From: an uncultured Candidatus Saccharibacteria bacterium
GTDB taxonomy: Bacteria > Patescibacteriota > Minisyncoccia > Ryanbacterales > GWA2-47-10b
Direction: 5' to 3'
DNA length: 64,000 nucleotides
Assembly (NCBI GenBank): GCA_964356915.1
Contig: CAYHJF010000001.1
Coordinates: forward strand, 77,743 to 141,742
The number at the start of each line of letters is the position of its first letter. Within the stretch, counting starts at the first letter, position 1. The position numbers and the translations under genes were made by a program. The notes beneath the pieces are model-generated. The model saw only the letters and a list, made by a program, of their open reading frames with translations, was not told the origin of the DNA and did no database searches. This document shows positions 9,987-20,417 of the stretch, in pieces.

Positions 9987-11285
9987 TTAACGGAGCTTTT
10001 TTGAGAAAAAATCCGAGAGCTCCAAAGACCCAACACGCTCCTGCTCACCCGAGTCACGATCGCGCACAGTTACGGTATCATCTTCAAGCGTCTGGTAGTC
10101 AACGGTCACACACCACGGAGTACCGATTTCATCTTGCCTTCTATACCGTTTGCCCACATTACCAATATCGTCCCACACCACTGACCCAATAGTCTTTTTG
10201 AGCTCGCCATATATCTCACGCGCCTTAGCAACGAGGTGCTCTTTATTTGAAGCGAGTGGAAAAACTGCAACCTTAATTGGAGCAAGCGTAGGCTTGAGAC
10301 GCAGTACAACTCTTTTGGACCCACCTAATTCGTCTTCGTCATACGCGGAGAGTAAGACCGCAAGCACTGTGCGGTCAACACCAAGCGATGGCTCAATAAC
10401 ATGCGGGATAAATGTTTCGTTCGCCTCTTCGTCGCGATATGAGAGATCTTTTGAACTATATTCTGAATGCTTTGTGAGGTCGTAATTTGTACGATATGCG
10501 AGTCCATACAGCTCCTTTTTGCCAAACGGATATTCAAACTCAAAATCAATCGTACGCTTTGAATAGTGCGCGCGATCTCCTGCCGCTACCTCAAGCTCGC
10601 TTACTGACTCTTTTGTAAGACCAATTGAGTCACACCACCTGAGCATCTCGCTACGAAAATGTTCAAAATGCACCTCCCACTCTCCCTCGCGAACAAAATA
10701 TTCGATCTCCATTTGCTCGAACTCGCGAGAACGAAATACAAAATCGCGTGGCGTAATTTCATTTCGAAATGCCTTGCCGATCTGCGCGATACCAAAAGGA
10801 AGTTTTGGGTGAAACGAATCAATCACATTTTTGAAATTCACAAAAATCCCCTGCGCGGTCTCGGGACGAAGATAGGAAGTATTCGAAGAATCCTCAACTG
10901 CGCCCACCTGCGTCTTAAACATCATATTAAATTGGCGAGGCTCTGTAAGTGCGCCTTCGCATTCGGGACACGTCGTCCCTTCTATCTGATCAGCACGAAA
11001 TCGTCTTTTACACTTTGTGCACTCAACCATTGGATCTGCAAACCCAGCGACATGTCCTGACGCTTCCCACACTCGCGCATTCATCAAGATTGCCGCATCG
11101 AGCCCAAACATATCTTCACGCTCCAAAACAAATTGTTTCCACCAAAGAGACTTGATGTTATTTTTGAGCGCCACGCCAAGCGGACCATAGTCCCACGTAC
11201 CCGCAAGTCCTCCGTAAACTTCAGACCCCGGAAAGATAAACCCTCGGCGCTTTGCAAGCGAAATGATTTGTTCAAGCGATGTCAT
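9987..11285 (-). CDS. glyS: glycyl-tRNA synthetase (eukaryote/archaeal-type alpha2)
   Basis: N-terminus RRGFIFPGSEVYGGLAGTWDYGPLG typical of dimeric GlyRS; class II motifs. Confidence 0.9.
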   Translation of the reverse strand: MTSLEQIISLAKRRGFIFPGSEVYGGLAGTWDYGPLGVALKNNIKSLWWKQFVLEREDMFGLDAAILMNARVWEASGHVAGFADPMVECTKCKRRFRADQIEGTTCPECEGALTEPRQFNMMFKTQVGAVEDSSNTSYLRPETAQGIFVNFKNVIDSFHPKLPFGIAQIGKAFRNEITPRDFVFRSREFEQMEIEYFVREGEWEVHFEHFRSEMLRWCDSIGLTKESVSELEVAAGDRAHYSKRTIDFEFEYPFGKKELYGLAYRTNYDLTKHSEYSSKDLSYRDEEANETFIPHVIEPSLGVDRTVLAVLLSAYDEDELGGSKRVVLRLKPTLAPIKVAVFPLASNKEHLVAKAREIYGELKKTIGSVVWDDIGNVGKRYRRQDEIGTPWCVTVDYQTLEDDTVTVRDRDSGEQERVGSLELSDFFSKKLR

Positions 11286-11318
11286 AGTAGTGACCCTATC
11301 ATACGAAAACCTCTCACG

Positions 11319-13253
11319 CTACTCGCGCACGGCAGCACCATTCACAACCGCTTCAGGATCGTTCCCAATGTCCGTATTGATCTGATTTGTCGGTTGTAAG
11401 AAAAGTCGACCGGTAAATGAGTCTTCAGCACGAAACGATGCTGCGGAAATAAGTTGTGGCGTAGAATCAACTTGCGGGAGTGATGGCTTGATACCTATTT
11501 GAAACGTTACCTCGCGTGGCTGATTTACATATCCAGTGCCTGCGGGAATTGTGCCGGGCAACCATACAAGTTCACCGGTCGTCTGCTTATACTGAAGTCG
11601 CTCCTGACTTGGAACAACAACATTTTTCCACGATACGTATGAAGGCAACGTCGCCTTCACCTCAACATTCTTTAAATCGCTATATGCATTCGCAATGGAC
11701 CATACAACTGTATAGGTGGTCTCAAGACCAACACGAGGAGGCAATGGTCCTGTATTTTGAATGCTTTGCCCAAAATAATATCCGTTTTGTACAAATCGTG
11801 CGCGCGTAGCAACTTTGTACGCCTTTTCAAATACACCGGACAAATCAACTCCTTGATATCCTGATGGTACTTCGGTCGTATGAATACGAGACTTGAGTGT
11901 AATAACAAAATCCTTATCACTCGGTGAAGTAATAGGAATATCTTTTAATAAGAGTATGCCGAAATCAAATTCACCACTTGCGCCCGGTTCAACAACAGAA
12001 AGTGCCGGTACACGCCCCGGGACCCATCGAAGTGCGTTGCGAGACTGATCATATTCGCCAAGAGTACTGGAAAGCCTCCTCAAATCGAGTGCCTTTCCAT
12101 CGAGCACAACTTCAACTTCCACATTATGAACGGCTACCGGCAAATTGTTGCGCCATCGCACCGTCCCTCGGAGTTCATCTCCCGCCGTAACCACGCCTGG
12201 CTCTTGTTCCCCCTGACTCAATCCAACCGCGACAGACAAGAGCGATGAATTAACGGCATATGTTTCTGACACTGTATTAAACGCAATCCATGAATCTTGC
12301 GCTCGATCATATAAACCAACGCGCGCATGAAATGTTTCTGGATTTTCGCTTGGTTTAATCTTTCCTCGGAGCGTAACGATGAACTCTCCGCTTGCGGGCA
12401 AATCTCCAATCTTCCACACATTATTACCTTGTTCTGGCGCAGGGGATGCGTCTGCATATTCAAACGAATCCGGATACTCAACCATCACATACATACCTCG
12501 AAAAACATTTTCTGCGCTTGATGTTACATGTAATTTGATTTCAGCCTGCTGCCCACCCTGTAATCCTTGTGGGATATCAAACTGAATTCCTAGCGATGTC
12601 GCATAAATTTTTGATTCATAGGTAACATCTTTTGAAAACCGCGCCGAGGAATCTTGGGGTCGATACTCGAGAGAAACGCGACCTCCTACAATACTATCCT
12701 TGGGCCCAAATACAATTCCTTGAAATATTTCTTCACTCACCGCCTCCGGTCCGAGCGTCTGCAACTCGCGCTTTTCTCGCTTGAGGCCAGTTTTAGAAAA
12801 TTCTCCTACAACCGGTTGAGTGCCGTTTGGAAATTCAAAGACGAGCACGGCATTTTCCAGCGGCGTTTTATTGCCATTTTTATATGTCACACGCCACGCA
12901 ACTTTTCTACCCGCAACGATCTCTTCTCCTCCTTCAACGGAAATAGAAATATTTTGTAACGTATCATGCCCTGGTTTAAATAAATTAAAACCACCCGCCG
13001 TCCAAAATAAATATCCAAAAATACCAAGTAACATTACAACTCCGCCGCCGATCCCCCAACGTATGATTGATCGGCTTATTCGCTTTTCGCGCATATCCTC
13101 TGGAGGTTGAGCTTCTTGATACTCATGTTCTTGTTCGTGCGACCACGCACCTGAAACATCTGCTCGATGTTTATCAAGTTGTGGTTCTTCATACCTCCGA
13201 TCAAAGCGTTCGTTCTTTCGAAAGAGACGCTTCTGTAAATCATCAATTCCCAT
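11319..13253 (-). CDS. large membrane-anchored surface protein with repeated beta-sandwich (DUF11/CARDB-like) domains
   Basis: 644 aa; cytoplasmic N-terminus, single TM (GIGGGVVMLLGIFGYLFW), then repeated ~100-aa beta-rich units. Confidence 0.5.
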   Translation of the reverse strand: MGIDDLQKRLFRKNERFDRRYEEPQLDKHRADVSGAWSHEQEHEYQEAQPPEDMREKRISRSIIRWGIGGGVVMLLGIFGYLFWTAGGFNLFKPGHDTLQNISISVEGGEEIVAGRKVAWRVTYKNGNKTPLENAVLVFEFPNGTQPVVGEFSKTGLKREKRELQTLGPEAVSEEIFQGIVFGPKDSIVGGRVSLEYRPQDSSARFSKDVTYESKIYATSLGIQFDIPQGLQGGQQAEIKLHVTSSAENVFRGMYVMVEYPDSFEYADASPAPEQGNNVWKIGDLPASGEFIVTLRGKIKPSENPETFHARVGLYDRAQDSWIAFNTVSETYAVNSSLLSVAVGLSQGEQEPGVVTAGDELRGTVRWRNNLPVAVHNVEVEVVLDGKALDLRRLSSTLGEYDQSRNALRWVPGRVPALSVVEPGASGEFDFGILLLKDIPITSPSDKDFVITLKSRIHTTEVPSGYQGVDLSGVFEKAYKVATRARFVQNGYYFGQSIQNTGPLPPRVGLETTYTVVWSIANAYSDLKNVEVKATLPSYVSWKNVVVPSQERLQYKQTTGELVWLPGTIPAGTGYVNQPREVTFQIGIKPSLPQVDSTPQLISAASFRAEDSFTGRLFLQPTNQINTDIGNDPEAVVNGAAVRE

Positions 13254-13290
13254 AGAGTACTTTCAATTATATACAACCTTTGCCTTAAGG

Positions 13291-13866
13291 TCATGCCCGA
13301 ATATGATTTGCAGCCAAAATCCGCTCGATTGCCGCCTCAAAATGAGCAACTTCTACTGGATCAGCTAAGAAAACCGCGTCACCCGCACCAACGATGAACT
13401 GAACTGCCCGTTTACCAAAAAACTGCGTAAGCATCGTACGATCTGGGCAAAGCCCTAACGCCAAAAGAGTTCGTATCTTGAGCGCGGCAAGACGCTCATA
13501 TGAATTAAGTTGCTGTAATAACTCGACTGTTCGCCACAAATCAAGACTCTCCTCGCGCTCCGTAACAAGCTTCAAAAGAAACGCGCAAAATTGAGCCGCA
13601 TAAAATGACTCTGGACGAGACGAATCAACTCCCTGCATAACCTCTATATCAATCAATCTCCACACATCTCTTCCAACGGTCACCGTAATACGAACGGGAG
13701 CCCACAATATCACATGCCCCCGTAATTTCGATTTCTCATGACGAATACCTTTTGCAATAACATCAACTCGCCCCCATGTCTTTGTGTAAAATATAACCAT
13801 CCGATCCGCCTCTCCGATCGGATATGATCGGAGTATGTAAGCTTCAGACGTATAATACGTACTCAT
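13291..13866 (-). CDS. recO: DNA repair protein RecO (short form)
   Basis: N-terminus YILRSYPIGEADRMVIFYTKTWGRVDVIAKG matches the RecO N-terminal OB-fold domain. Confidence 0.7.
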   Translation of the reverse strand: MSTYYTSEAYILRSYPIGEADRMVIFYTKTWGRVDVIAKGIRHEKSKLRGHVILWAPVRITVTVGRDVWRLIDIEVMQGVDSSRPESFYAAQFCAFLLKLVTEREESLDLWRTVELLQQLNSYERLAALKIRTLLALGLCPDRTMLTQFFGKRAVQFIVGAGDAVFLADPVEVAHFEAAIERILAANHIRA

Positions 13867-16800
13867 GCCTCAAGCTTGGCAATTGCAATGCGCGTCTTTA
13901 TACCATCGATGAGTTGTTCTTCGTCAAGAAGAGGATTTTTTAACGAAGCGGGGAGGATAAACTCCGCAACACGCGCGCCCCTTTTTACAACCTCCGTAAA
14001 TTCTCCGAGAATTTCTGTATCCATGTCAACCGTAATCATATCCGTTGGGTGTAGCTCCGCGCGCTTACGCATATCCTGAAGAATACGGGTAATCTCTCGT
14101 GCAAGACCCTCAGCCTTAAGCTCTGGCGTTATCTCTAGATTAAGAAGCGCTAGTTCATTTTGCGCCTTATTGATATTTATAGCTTTTACATTGAGCTCAT
14201 CTTTAAGAATTGAAAGAAGTGCTTTATCGGTTACGGTAGTTTTTTTAACAATCAACGCGCCCAACGGCTGACGGACTTTGATGCCAGCGCGCGCGCGAAG
14301 CTCAAGCCCAAGCGCGGCAAGACGTCTCACTTCCTGCATTTGTGTAGTCAGTGTTTTTGATACAATTTTTTTCTTAGGCCACGTCTCAAGATGCACGCTC
14401 ACTGATGAACCACCAAGAGCCTGATATATAATCTCACTGGTAAACGGAACAAACGGAGCACACATCCTTGCAGTCTCCAGCAATACCGCTCTCAACGTTG
14501 CAATGCCATCTCCATCTTTCATGCGTTCACGCGAACGACGAATATACCATCGAGAAATATCTTCGCCTACAAACGCTTCGAGTTCACGCGCGGCCCCAAC
14601 AATATCATATCCATCCATACACTTTGTCACCTTATCGCGCACTTCACTCACGCGTGCCACAATCCATCGATCAAGTACATTTGCTGTCACGCGCTTCTTT
14701 TTTATCACTTCTGTATGCGCGTACATCTCATAAAACCGTAACCCGTTGAGCAAGAAATCGATAAAATTACGTTTTGTCTTTTCAACATCATTGATATCGA
14801 ATAACTTTGAATCCTCGGGCTGATTTATCGTATAGAAATACCATCGCACCGCATCAGCACCATATTTTTCAAAAAGCATATTCGGCTCAACAACATTTCC
14901 CTTTGACTTGGACATCTTCTTTCCTTTTGTATCGAGTACATGACCAAGCGACAACACATGTTTATACGGCGCTCCCTTCCCTAACAACACCGATACTGCA
15001 AGAAGCACATAAAACCATCCGCGCGTCTGATCAACAGCTTCCGCGATATAATCTGCTGGAAACGCGATTTTCTTATCGATGCGTTCTTTATGTTCAAAAG
15101 GATAGTGTGACTGCGCGAATGGCATCGCCCCCGAATCAAACCACACGTCTGCCACATCCGGCACGCGCTTCATGGACGATCCGCACCCCGTGCATCGTAC
15201 AGCGACAGCATCAATATACGGACGATGTACATCAAGCTCCCCTTTATCGTTGCGAGGCAGCGCTACTGCAAGAACCTTGTTAATGTCTCCGTTTTTTGGA
15301 TATTTACCACTCGGTTTTTTGTGGTCTTCGAGTACCGCCTTCATCACTCCCTCCAAAAACCACAACGTATCAGCGTGACTTACGATGATAATACGTTTGT
15401 GTTTGTGAAGTGTTTCGACACGCTGGAAAAACCGATAGGCCCGTTTTTTAAGATCATCCCACGACTCTCCATCACCCGGAAATGGAGTCGTAAAACGATC
15501 CACTCGCTCTTCCCATGCATCAATCTCTGACTCCGGCTTCATATTAAAGTCTCCAATATGAACCTCTCGCAAGTCCTCATCATATAAAACCGGTACGCCA
15601 AGCTCACGCGCAAGAATTTCTGTCGTCTCTTTTGTACGCAAGAGATCCGACGACAAAATAAGATCGATCTTTGCCTTTTTCAATTTCTTCGCCGCCAATT
15701 TTATCTCCTTTACTCCACGTGGCGTCAATCCAAGTTGATCTCCTTTTACTGTATTGGAGCCGATCTGGAGCTGATTATTTTTTGCAAAACCATGTCGTAC
15801 AAAATAATACACGTTGTCACTCGTAACGCCATGCTCTCCTAGTTCCTTCATCGAGCCAAACACATCGACACGGTCACACCCCTCACACTTCCACACAGGA
15901 ATCGGCGCGCCCCAATACCGTTCGCGTGAAAACGCCCAATCTCGCGCATCCTTAATCCATTGGCCAAACCGCCCATCTTTTAAATGTGCTGGATGCCATT
16001 CAACTGTTTTATTTGCCTCAACAAGCTCGCGGCGCAATTTACTGACACGCACCCACCATGACCGGCGCGCCACGTACAGAAGCGGCGTATCGCAACGCCA
16101 ACAAAATGGGTAGTCGTGCTCGTATACTTCTTTTTTCCAAAGAAGATTTTTTTGTTCGAGATCTTTAATGATTAACGGGTCAGCATCTTTTACAAAAATT
16201 CCCTGCCACTGTGGCACCACATTCGTAAAACGCCCCTCGTCATCGATTGTCGTAAGAATAGGCAAATCAAATTCTCGTCCAACTTTCATATCGTCCTCAC
16301 CAAATGCCGGCGCAATATGCACGATGCCCGTACCATCATCTTCGGAGATGAATTTTGCGGACACTACTTTATATGGTACGTTTTCAGCGCGAAATGGTGG
16401 ATCATATTCAAGTCCCACAAGATTTGCTCCTTTTTCCGCCCACTGCTGCTCTCTTTCTGGAAAAAGCTTGTCCGCAAGCTTTTTAAGCATAATAAACTTC
16501 TCACCCTTATCATCAACAGTGACGTACTCAAGATCAGGATGTACCGCCGCCGCGACGTTGGCAGGCAAAGTCCATGGCGTTGTCGTCCATACAAGCAGTG
16601 AACCTCGTCGAGTTTTTAAGGGAAATCTTACGTATACTGAATCGTCTTTTGTTTTTTTGTACCCTTGAGCAAGCTCATGACTTGAAAGTGCGGTGCCACA
16701 TCGCACGCACCACGGCAAAATTTTATAATCTTCATAAAAAAGCTTTTTATTCCAAAACTCCTTGATAACCCACCAGAGCGATTCAATATATGTATTATTG

Positions 16801-17264
16801 AGCGTGACATACGCGTTCTTAAAATCGAGCCAGTAGCCCATGCGATCGGTCATCTTCTCCCACTCGCCTTTGTAAAAAAATACGTCCTCGCGAGCTGTCT
16901 CAACAAATTTCTGAATACCAATTTTTTCTTCAATATCTCGCTTGCGCGTAATACCAAGTTTTTTTTCGGCAGCCATCTCTGTCGGCAACCCATGCGTATC
17001 CCATCCAGCGCGACGCTCAACCAAAAAACCTTGCATCGTCTTGTACCGAATCATGACATCCTTAAAAGCCCGCGCCTCTACGTGGTGAAGCCCCGGGAGA
17101 CCATTTGCATATGGAGGTCCCTCAAAAAAAACGAAGCGCTTGGATCCCTTGCGCTGCTTAAGGCTTTTCTCGAATATATTCTTCTCAGCCCAGAATCCAA
17201 GGACCTCGAGCTCATTTCGCATTTTTCTATTATTAACGAAAATGTTACTTATTTCAATGCTCAA
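13863..17264 (-). CDS. ileS: isoleucyl-tRNA synthetase, with an inserted histidine-phosphatase-like domain
   Basis: TTTPWTLPANVAAAVHP editing motif, WCVRCGTALS, KMSKSKGN; 1133 aa; TTG start; extra ~200 aa domain with RHG motif. Confidence 0.93.
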   Translation of the reverse strand: MSIEISNIFVNNRKMRNELEVLGFWAEKNIFEKSLKQRKGSKRFVFFEGPPYANGLPGLHHVEARAFKDVMIRYKTMQGFLVERRAGWDTHGLPTEMAAEKKLGITRKRDIEEKIGIQKFVETAREDVFFYKGEWEKMTDRMGYWLDFKNAYVTLNNTYIESLWWVIKEFWNKKLFYEDYKILPWCVRCGTALSSHELAQGYKKTKDDSVYVRFPLKTRRGSLLVWTTTPWTLPANVAAAVHPDLEYVTVDDKGEKFIMLKKLADKLFPEREQQWAEKGANLVGLEYDPPFRAENVPYKVVSAKFISEDDGTGIVHIAPAFGEDDMKVGREFDLPILTTIDDEGRFTNVVPQWQGIFVKDADPLIIKDLEQKNLLWKKEVYEHDYPFCWRCDTPLLYVARRSWWVRVSKLRRELVEANKTVEWHPAHLKDGRFGQWIKDARDWAFSRERYWGAPIPVWKCEGCDRVDVFGSMKELGEHGVTSDNVYYFVRHGFAKNNQLQIGSNTVKGDQLGLTPRGVKEIKLAAKKLKKAKIDLILSSDLLRTKETTEILARELGVPVLYDEDLREVHIGDFNMKPESEIDAWEERVDRFTTPFPGDGESWDDLKKRAYRFFQRVETLHKHKRIIIVSHADTLWFLEGVMKAVLEDHKKPSGKYPKNGDINKVLAVALPRNDKGELDVHRPYIDAVAVRCTGCGSSMKRVPDVADVWFDSGAMPFAQSHYPFEHKERIDKKIAFPADYIAEAVDQTRGWFYVLLAVSVLLGKGAPYKHVLSLGHVLDTKGKKMSKSKGNVVEPNMLFEKYGADAVRWYFYTINQPEDSKLFDINDVEKTKRNFIDFLLNGLRFYEMYAHTEVIKKKRVTANVLDRWIVARVSEVRDKVTKCMDGYDIVGAARELEAFVGEDISRWYIRRSRERMKDGDGIATLRAVLLETARMCAPFVPFTSEIIYQALGGSSVSVHLETWPKKKIVSKTLTTQMQEVRRLAALGLELRARAGIKVRQPLGALIVKKTTVTDKALLSILKDELNVKAININKAQNELALLNLEITPELKAEGLAREITRILQDMRKRAELHPTDMITVDMDTEILGEFTEVVKRGARVAEFILPASLKNPLLDEEQLIDGIKTRIAIAKLEA

Positions 17265-17321
17265 GACGATTGACTCTCATCTTATTCTTGTTACGCTGAC
17301 GCAAGAATTGGAGGACAAGAA

Positions 17322-17609
17322 ATGCTACTTGAAATCTGGCATCATAAAGATCGAGCATCTGAATGGGCTGAAGTATCCGCTGTAAGAATGACGGGACCTT
17401 CAACTGCGCAAATTTTTCTCTCTGACCCAAATCAAGTATGGTTTTTACTCGCCTCTCCAACGCGTGTCCATGAAAATGAAAATCGCTGGGTATATCACGC
17501 AACCATATCCATACAAACTAATGAGAAACTCGAGGGAGTACTCACAGCTATCCGTCATGATCTTGGTTTTAAGGAAATTTTTCTCCCATTTAAACTCCAT
17601 CTCACATAA
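17322..17609 (+). CDS. hypothetical protein
   Basis: 95-aa ORF on the plus strand between two minus-strand genes, followed by an intrinsic terminator hairpin at 17615-17645. Confidence 0.35.
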   Translation: MLLEIWHHKDRASEWAEVSAVRMTGPSTAQIFLSDPNQVWFLLASPTRVHENENRWVYHATISIQTNEKLEGVLTAIRHDLGFKEIFLPFKLHLT

Positions 17610-17611
17610 CA

Positions 17612-17648
17612 AAAAACACCGAGCTTTTATACTCGGTATTTTTATACT
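17612..17648. terminator. bidirectional intrinsic terminator
   Basis: caccgagc-loop-gctcggt hairpin flanked by T-runs on both strands. Confidence 0.5.
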
Positions 17649-17667
17649 ATCTCTCTAAACTTTATAT

Positions 17668-18405
17668 TTACTGTTCGATCATAACAGTCATCGTATCGCC
17701 CTGTTGGATCTTTCGCGCTACATCAATCCCACTCACTACTTTGCCGAATACTGTGTGTTTACCATTGAGATGGGGCTGAGGCGCGTCAGTAATAATAAAG
17801 AATTGACTGCCGTTTGTATTAGGACCCGCGTTCGCCATCGAGATCGCGCCTACATCATTTTTGAGAGACTGTAAGGAATAATCATACTGATATCCCTGTG
17901 CCTCATACCCCTTAATAACTTGCTCGGGTACACCAAGTGCTTTCGGATTTATTTCATCCGCAAATTTATACCCAGGACCACCTGTACCATTTCCTGAAGG
18001 ATCTCCTCCTTGGATCATGAATCCTTGGATGACGCGATGAAATGTAAGTCCATTGTAAAATCCTTTCTTCGCAAGCGTCACAAAGTTATCAACGGTCTTA
18101 GGAGCAACGCTCGGATATAATTCGATTTTAATTTCTCCTTTTGGAGTTTGCATCGCTACCTTGATAACTTGCGCGGCGACGACTGATGGGTTTTGTTCCA
18201 TAGATGGTTTTTGATTTAAATTTTGCTCAACCTGATTATTAATACCTTGTGCCGTGTCTTGGAAGGAATCCTTTGCCTCGCTCGGCTTTTTACCGTTAAA
18301 AATAAAGAGAACCGCTCCCGTGATAACAATAGCGGTCATAAATCCGCCAAGAATAATAGTTTGTTTTGATGCATCCATACCAAAATAGTATAGAGAGGTG
18401 CCCAT
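17668..18405 (-). CDS. TM-anchored cyclophilin-type peptidyl-prolyl cis-trans isomerase
   Basis: [14 protein letters not shown] and FFIT...[10 protein letters not shown] motifs; N-terminal TM. Confidence 0.85.
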   Translation of the reverse strand: MGTSLYYFGMDASKQTIILGGFMTAIVITGAVLFIFNGKKPSEAKDSFQDTAQGINNQVEQNLNQKPSMEQNPSVVAAQVIKVAMQTPKGEIKIELYPSVAPKTVDNFVTLAKKGFYNGLTFHRVIQGFMIQGGDPSGNGTGGPGYKFADEINPKALGVPEQVIKGYEAQGYQYDYSLQSLKNDVGAISMANAGPNTNGSQFFIITDAPQPHLNGKHTVFGKVVSGIDVARKIQQGDTMTVMIEQ

Positions 18406-18440
18406 GCAAACGCAAGAAAAACTCGCGCAATGCTATTAAT

Positions 18441-18743
18441 TTAAAAAAGTGATTGATAACTATTGAAAATATACGCAAACACACCTGCATAGCTCAAATC
18501 GAGTAAAAGTCCCGCATATATCCATCGTGATTTTAATAAAAATGATATAACGGTCACCACCCCAAGCGCGCTAAACGGGATAATGACAAAAAATACGTAG
18601 AATGCTCCTATAGCACCGTTCCATTCCGCACACGGAGTCAAGCCAAAGCAAAGAAGAAAACCAAAAAAACAAGAAACTCCGACGACAACAATAGCCACTA
18701 GCCACGCAAGAGTCTCTATAAAAAATTTTGTCATATCTTTCAT
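18441..18743 (-). CDS. hypothetical membrane protein
   Basis: 100 aa with 3 predicted TM helices. Confidence 0.35.
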   Translation of the reverse strand: MKDMTKFFIETLAWLVAIVVVGVSCFFGFLLCFGLTPCAEWNGAIGAFYVFFVIIPFSALGVVTVISFLLKSRWIYAGLLLDLSYAGVFAYIFNSYQSLF

Positions 18744-18748
18744 ATTCT

Positions 18749-20362
18749 CTACATTCGCTCTGGGGCAGAAACTCCCAAAAGCTTGAGTGTGCGCTCGATA
18801 GTCTGTTTTGCTAGTAAGGCAAGTCCAAGGCGTGCATATTCAACTTCGCGCCCACCGCCAATAACCTTTGTCGTCTCATAAAAACTCGTAAAAGTGCGCG
18901 CGAGCTCGTATACGTACCTCGTCAACCTCTGTACTTCAAAATCGACTGCCGTATCGTCGAGTACCCCCTGAAACTGAAGTATGTGTTTCAAAAGTGTGGC
19001 CTCTCGCTCACTTTCACATAATTCCCACTTCGCTTTTTTAAGATCAATTCTCTTCTTTGACTTACGCAAAATCCCCGCCGCGCGCGCATACGCATACTGC
19101 ACATAATAAACTGGATTGTCTTTGGAATGTTTTTTGGCAAGCGTCATATCGAATTGCATACCAGATCGTGGAGCATACTGAAGCATAAAAAATCGAAACG
19201 CGTCTTTACCTACTTCTTTTAATACTTCTTCCGCGGTCACAAAGTTTCCTTTCCGCTTCGACATAGTTACTACTTCACCATTCTTTATAAGATTCACCTG
19301 CCCATACATCGCTACATGAAAATGATCGAGCGGAAAGCCAAATGTATGCGCGATCGATTTAAGCTTTGGAATATGTCCCTCGTGCCCTTCGCCAAATACA
19401 TCGAGTACAAAATCATTTTTAGCGAATTTTTCTTTGTGATACGCGATATCATTTGCAAAATATAAGAGCGTGCCATCGGCCTTCGCCACCACCGTCTCTC
19501 TATCTTTCAAAAACTCATCATGCGGGGCATACCATACTGCCCCCTCCTTCTCGATTAACATTTTCTTGCGACGAAGTTCATCAAGTACTTTTTTTGTTTT
19601 GTTTTTTGCGAGCACGCTCTCCTTGATAATTTTATCAAACTTGATTCCGAGCTTTTTGAGCGTAGCAAAGTTTTCAACCCAAAACTTCTTGAGTGCCAAC
19701 TCGGCAAGAACACTCTTTCCATTTTTCTTCTTTAATAAAGTCTTTTTGTACTTACGAAACGCCGCGCGGGCAATTTCCTTTATATACTCACCTTCGTAAC
19801 CTTCCTCGGGCAACTGAGATGGAATTTTGCAGGCGACCAAATACCAATGCCACAAAGAATTTTCGAGTTTCGTGATCTGGGCACCCGCATCATTATGAAA
19901 ATACTCACGCGTCACCTTCCATCCTGTCGCTTCTATAATATTTGAAATTGTGTCCCCGAGCGGACCACCGCGCGCGTTCCCAACATGAATCGGACCTGTA
20001 GGGTTTGCCGAAACGAACTCAACAGAGACTGTTCCACGCTTCTTTTTTTTCTCTGGCTTAAGCGTTTCTTGAATCATTTGTCCAACGAATGCCGATGACA
20101 AGAAAAAGTTAAGAAACCCTGGCTGGGCAACTTGAATCGAATAAAAAGTATCTTGATGCTTTTCAAAAATCTTTTCAGCAAGCCCTTCAGCTACAGCAAT
20201 GGGACTTTTTCCTTCTTTTTTCGCTAAAATAAAAGCAACATTTGACGCATAGTCTCCGCGTCCGGCAATCTCCGGTACAGAAACTGTAAAATGTGCGTCA
20301 GCTCCAACTTCTTTGCGAATAATCTCTTCAATTATTTTTCGTATATTTCGTTCGGCCTGCAT
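18749..20362 (-). CDS. argS: arginyl-tRNA synthetase
   Basis: SANPTGPIHVGNARGG (HIGH-type motif), 537 aa, DALR-like C-terminus. Confidence 0.9.
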   Translation of the reverse strand: MQAERNIRKIIEEIIRKEVGADAHFTVSVPEIAGRGDYASNVAFILAKKEGKSPIAVAEGLAEKIFEKHQDTFYSIQVAQPGFLNFFLSSAFVGQMIQETLKPEKKKKRGTVSVEFVSANPTGPIHVGNARGGPLGDTISNIIEATGWKVTREYFHNDAGAQITKLENSLWHWYLVACKIPSQLPEEGYEGEYIKEIARAAFRKYKKTLLKKKNGKSVLAELALKKFWVENFATLKKLGIKFDKIIKESVLAKNKTKKVLDELRRKKMLIEKEGAVWYAPHDEFLKDRETVVAKADGTLLYFANDIAYHKEKFAKNDFVLDVFGEGHEGHIPKLKSIAHTFGFPLDHFHVAMYGQVNLIKNGEVVTMSKRKGNFVTAEEVLKEVGKDAFRFFMLQYAPRSGMQFDMTLAKKHSKDNPVYYVQYAYARAAGILRKSKKRIDLKKAKWELCESEREATLLKHILQFQGVLDDTAVDFEVQRLTRYVYELARTFTSFYETTKVIGGGREVEYARLGLALLAKQTIERTLKLLGVSAPERM

Positions 20363-20417
20363 ATACGCTACTCTAACGTAAAATCAAGTCCTGTACTATA
20401 GTAATAATACTATCGCT

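Noticed and set aside
14468-16765. Several plus-strand ORFs of 60-166 aa inside ileS (e.g. 14807-15283, 16168-16668), and similar antisense ORFs inside leuS, glyS, the 644-aa surface-protein gene and the r-protein operon (e.g. 49497-50186)
   Set aside because: They lie antisense to strongly supported conserved genes, have low-complexity or Ser/Arg-rich translations, and have no expression signals. They are shadow ORFs.
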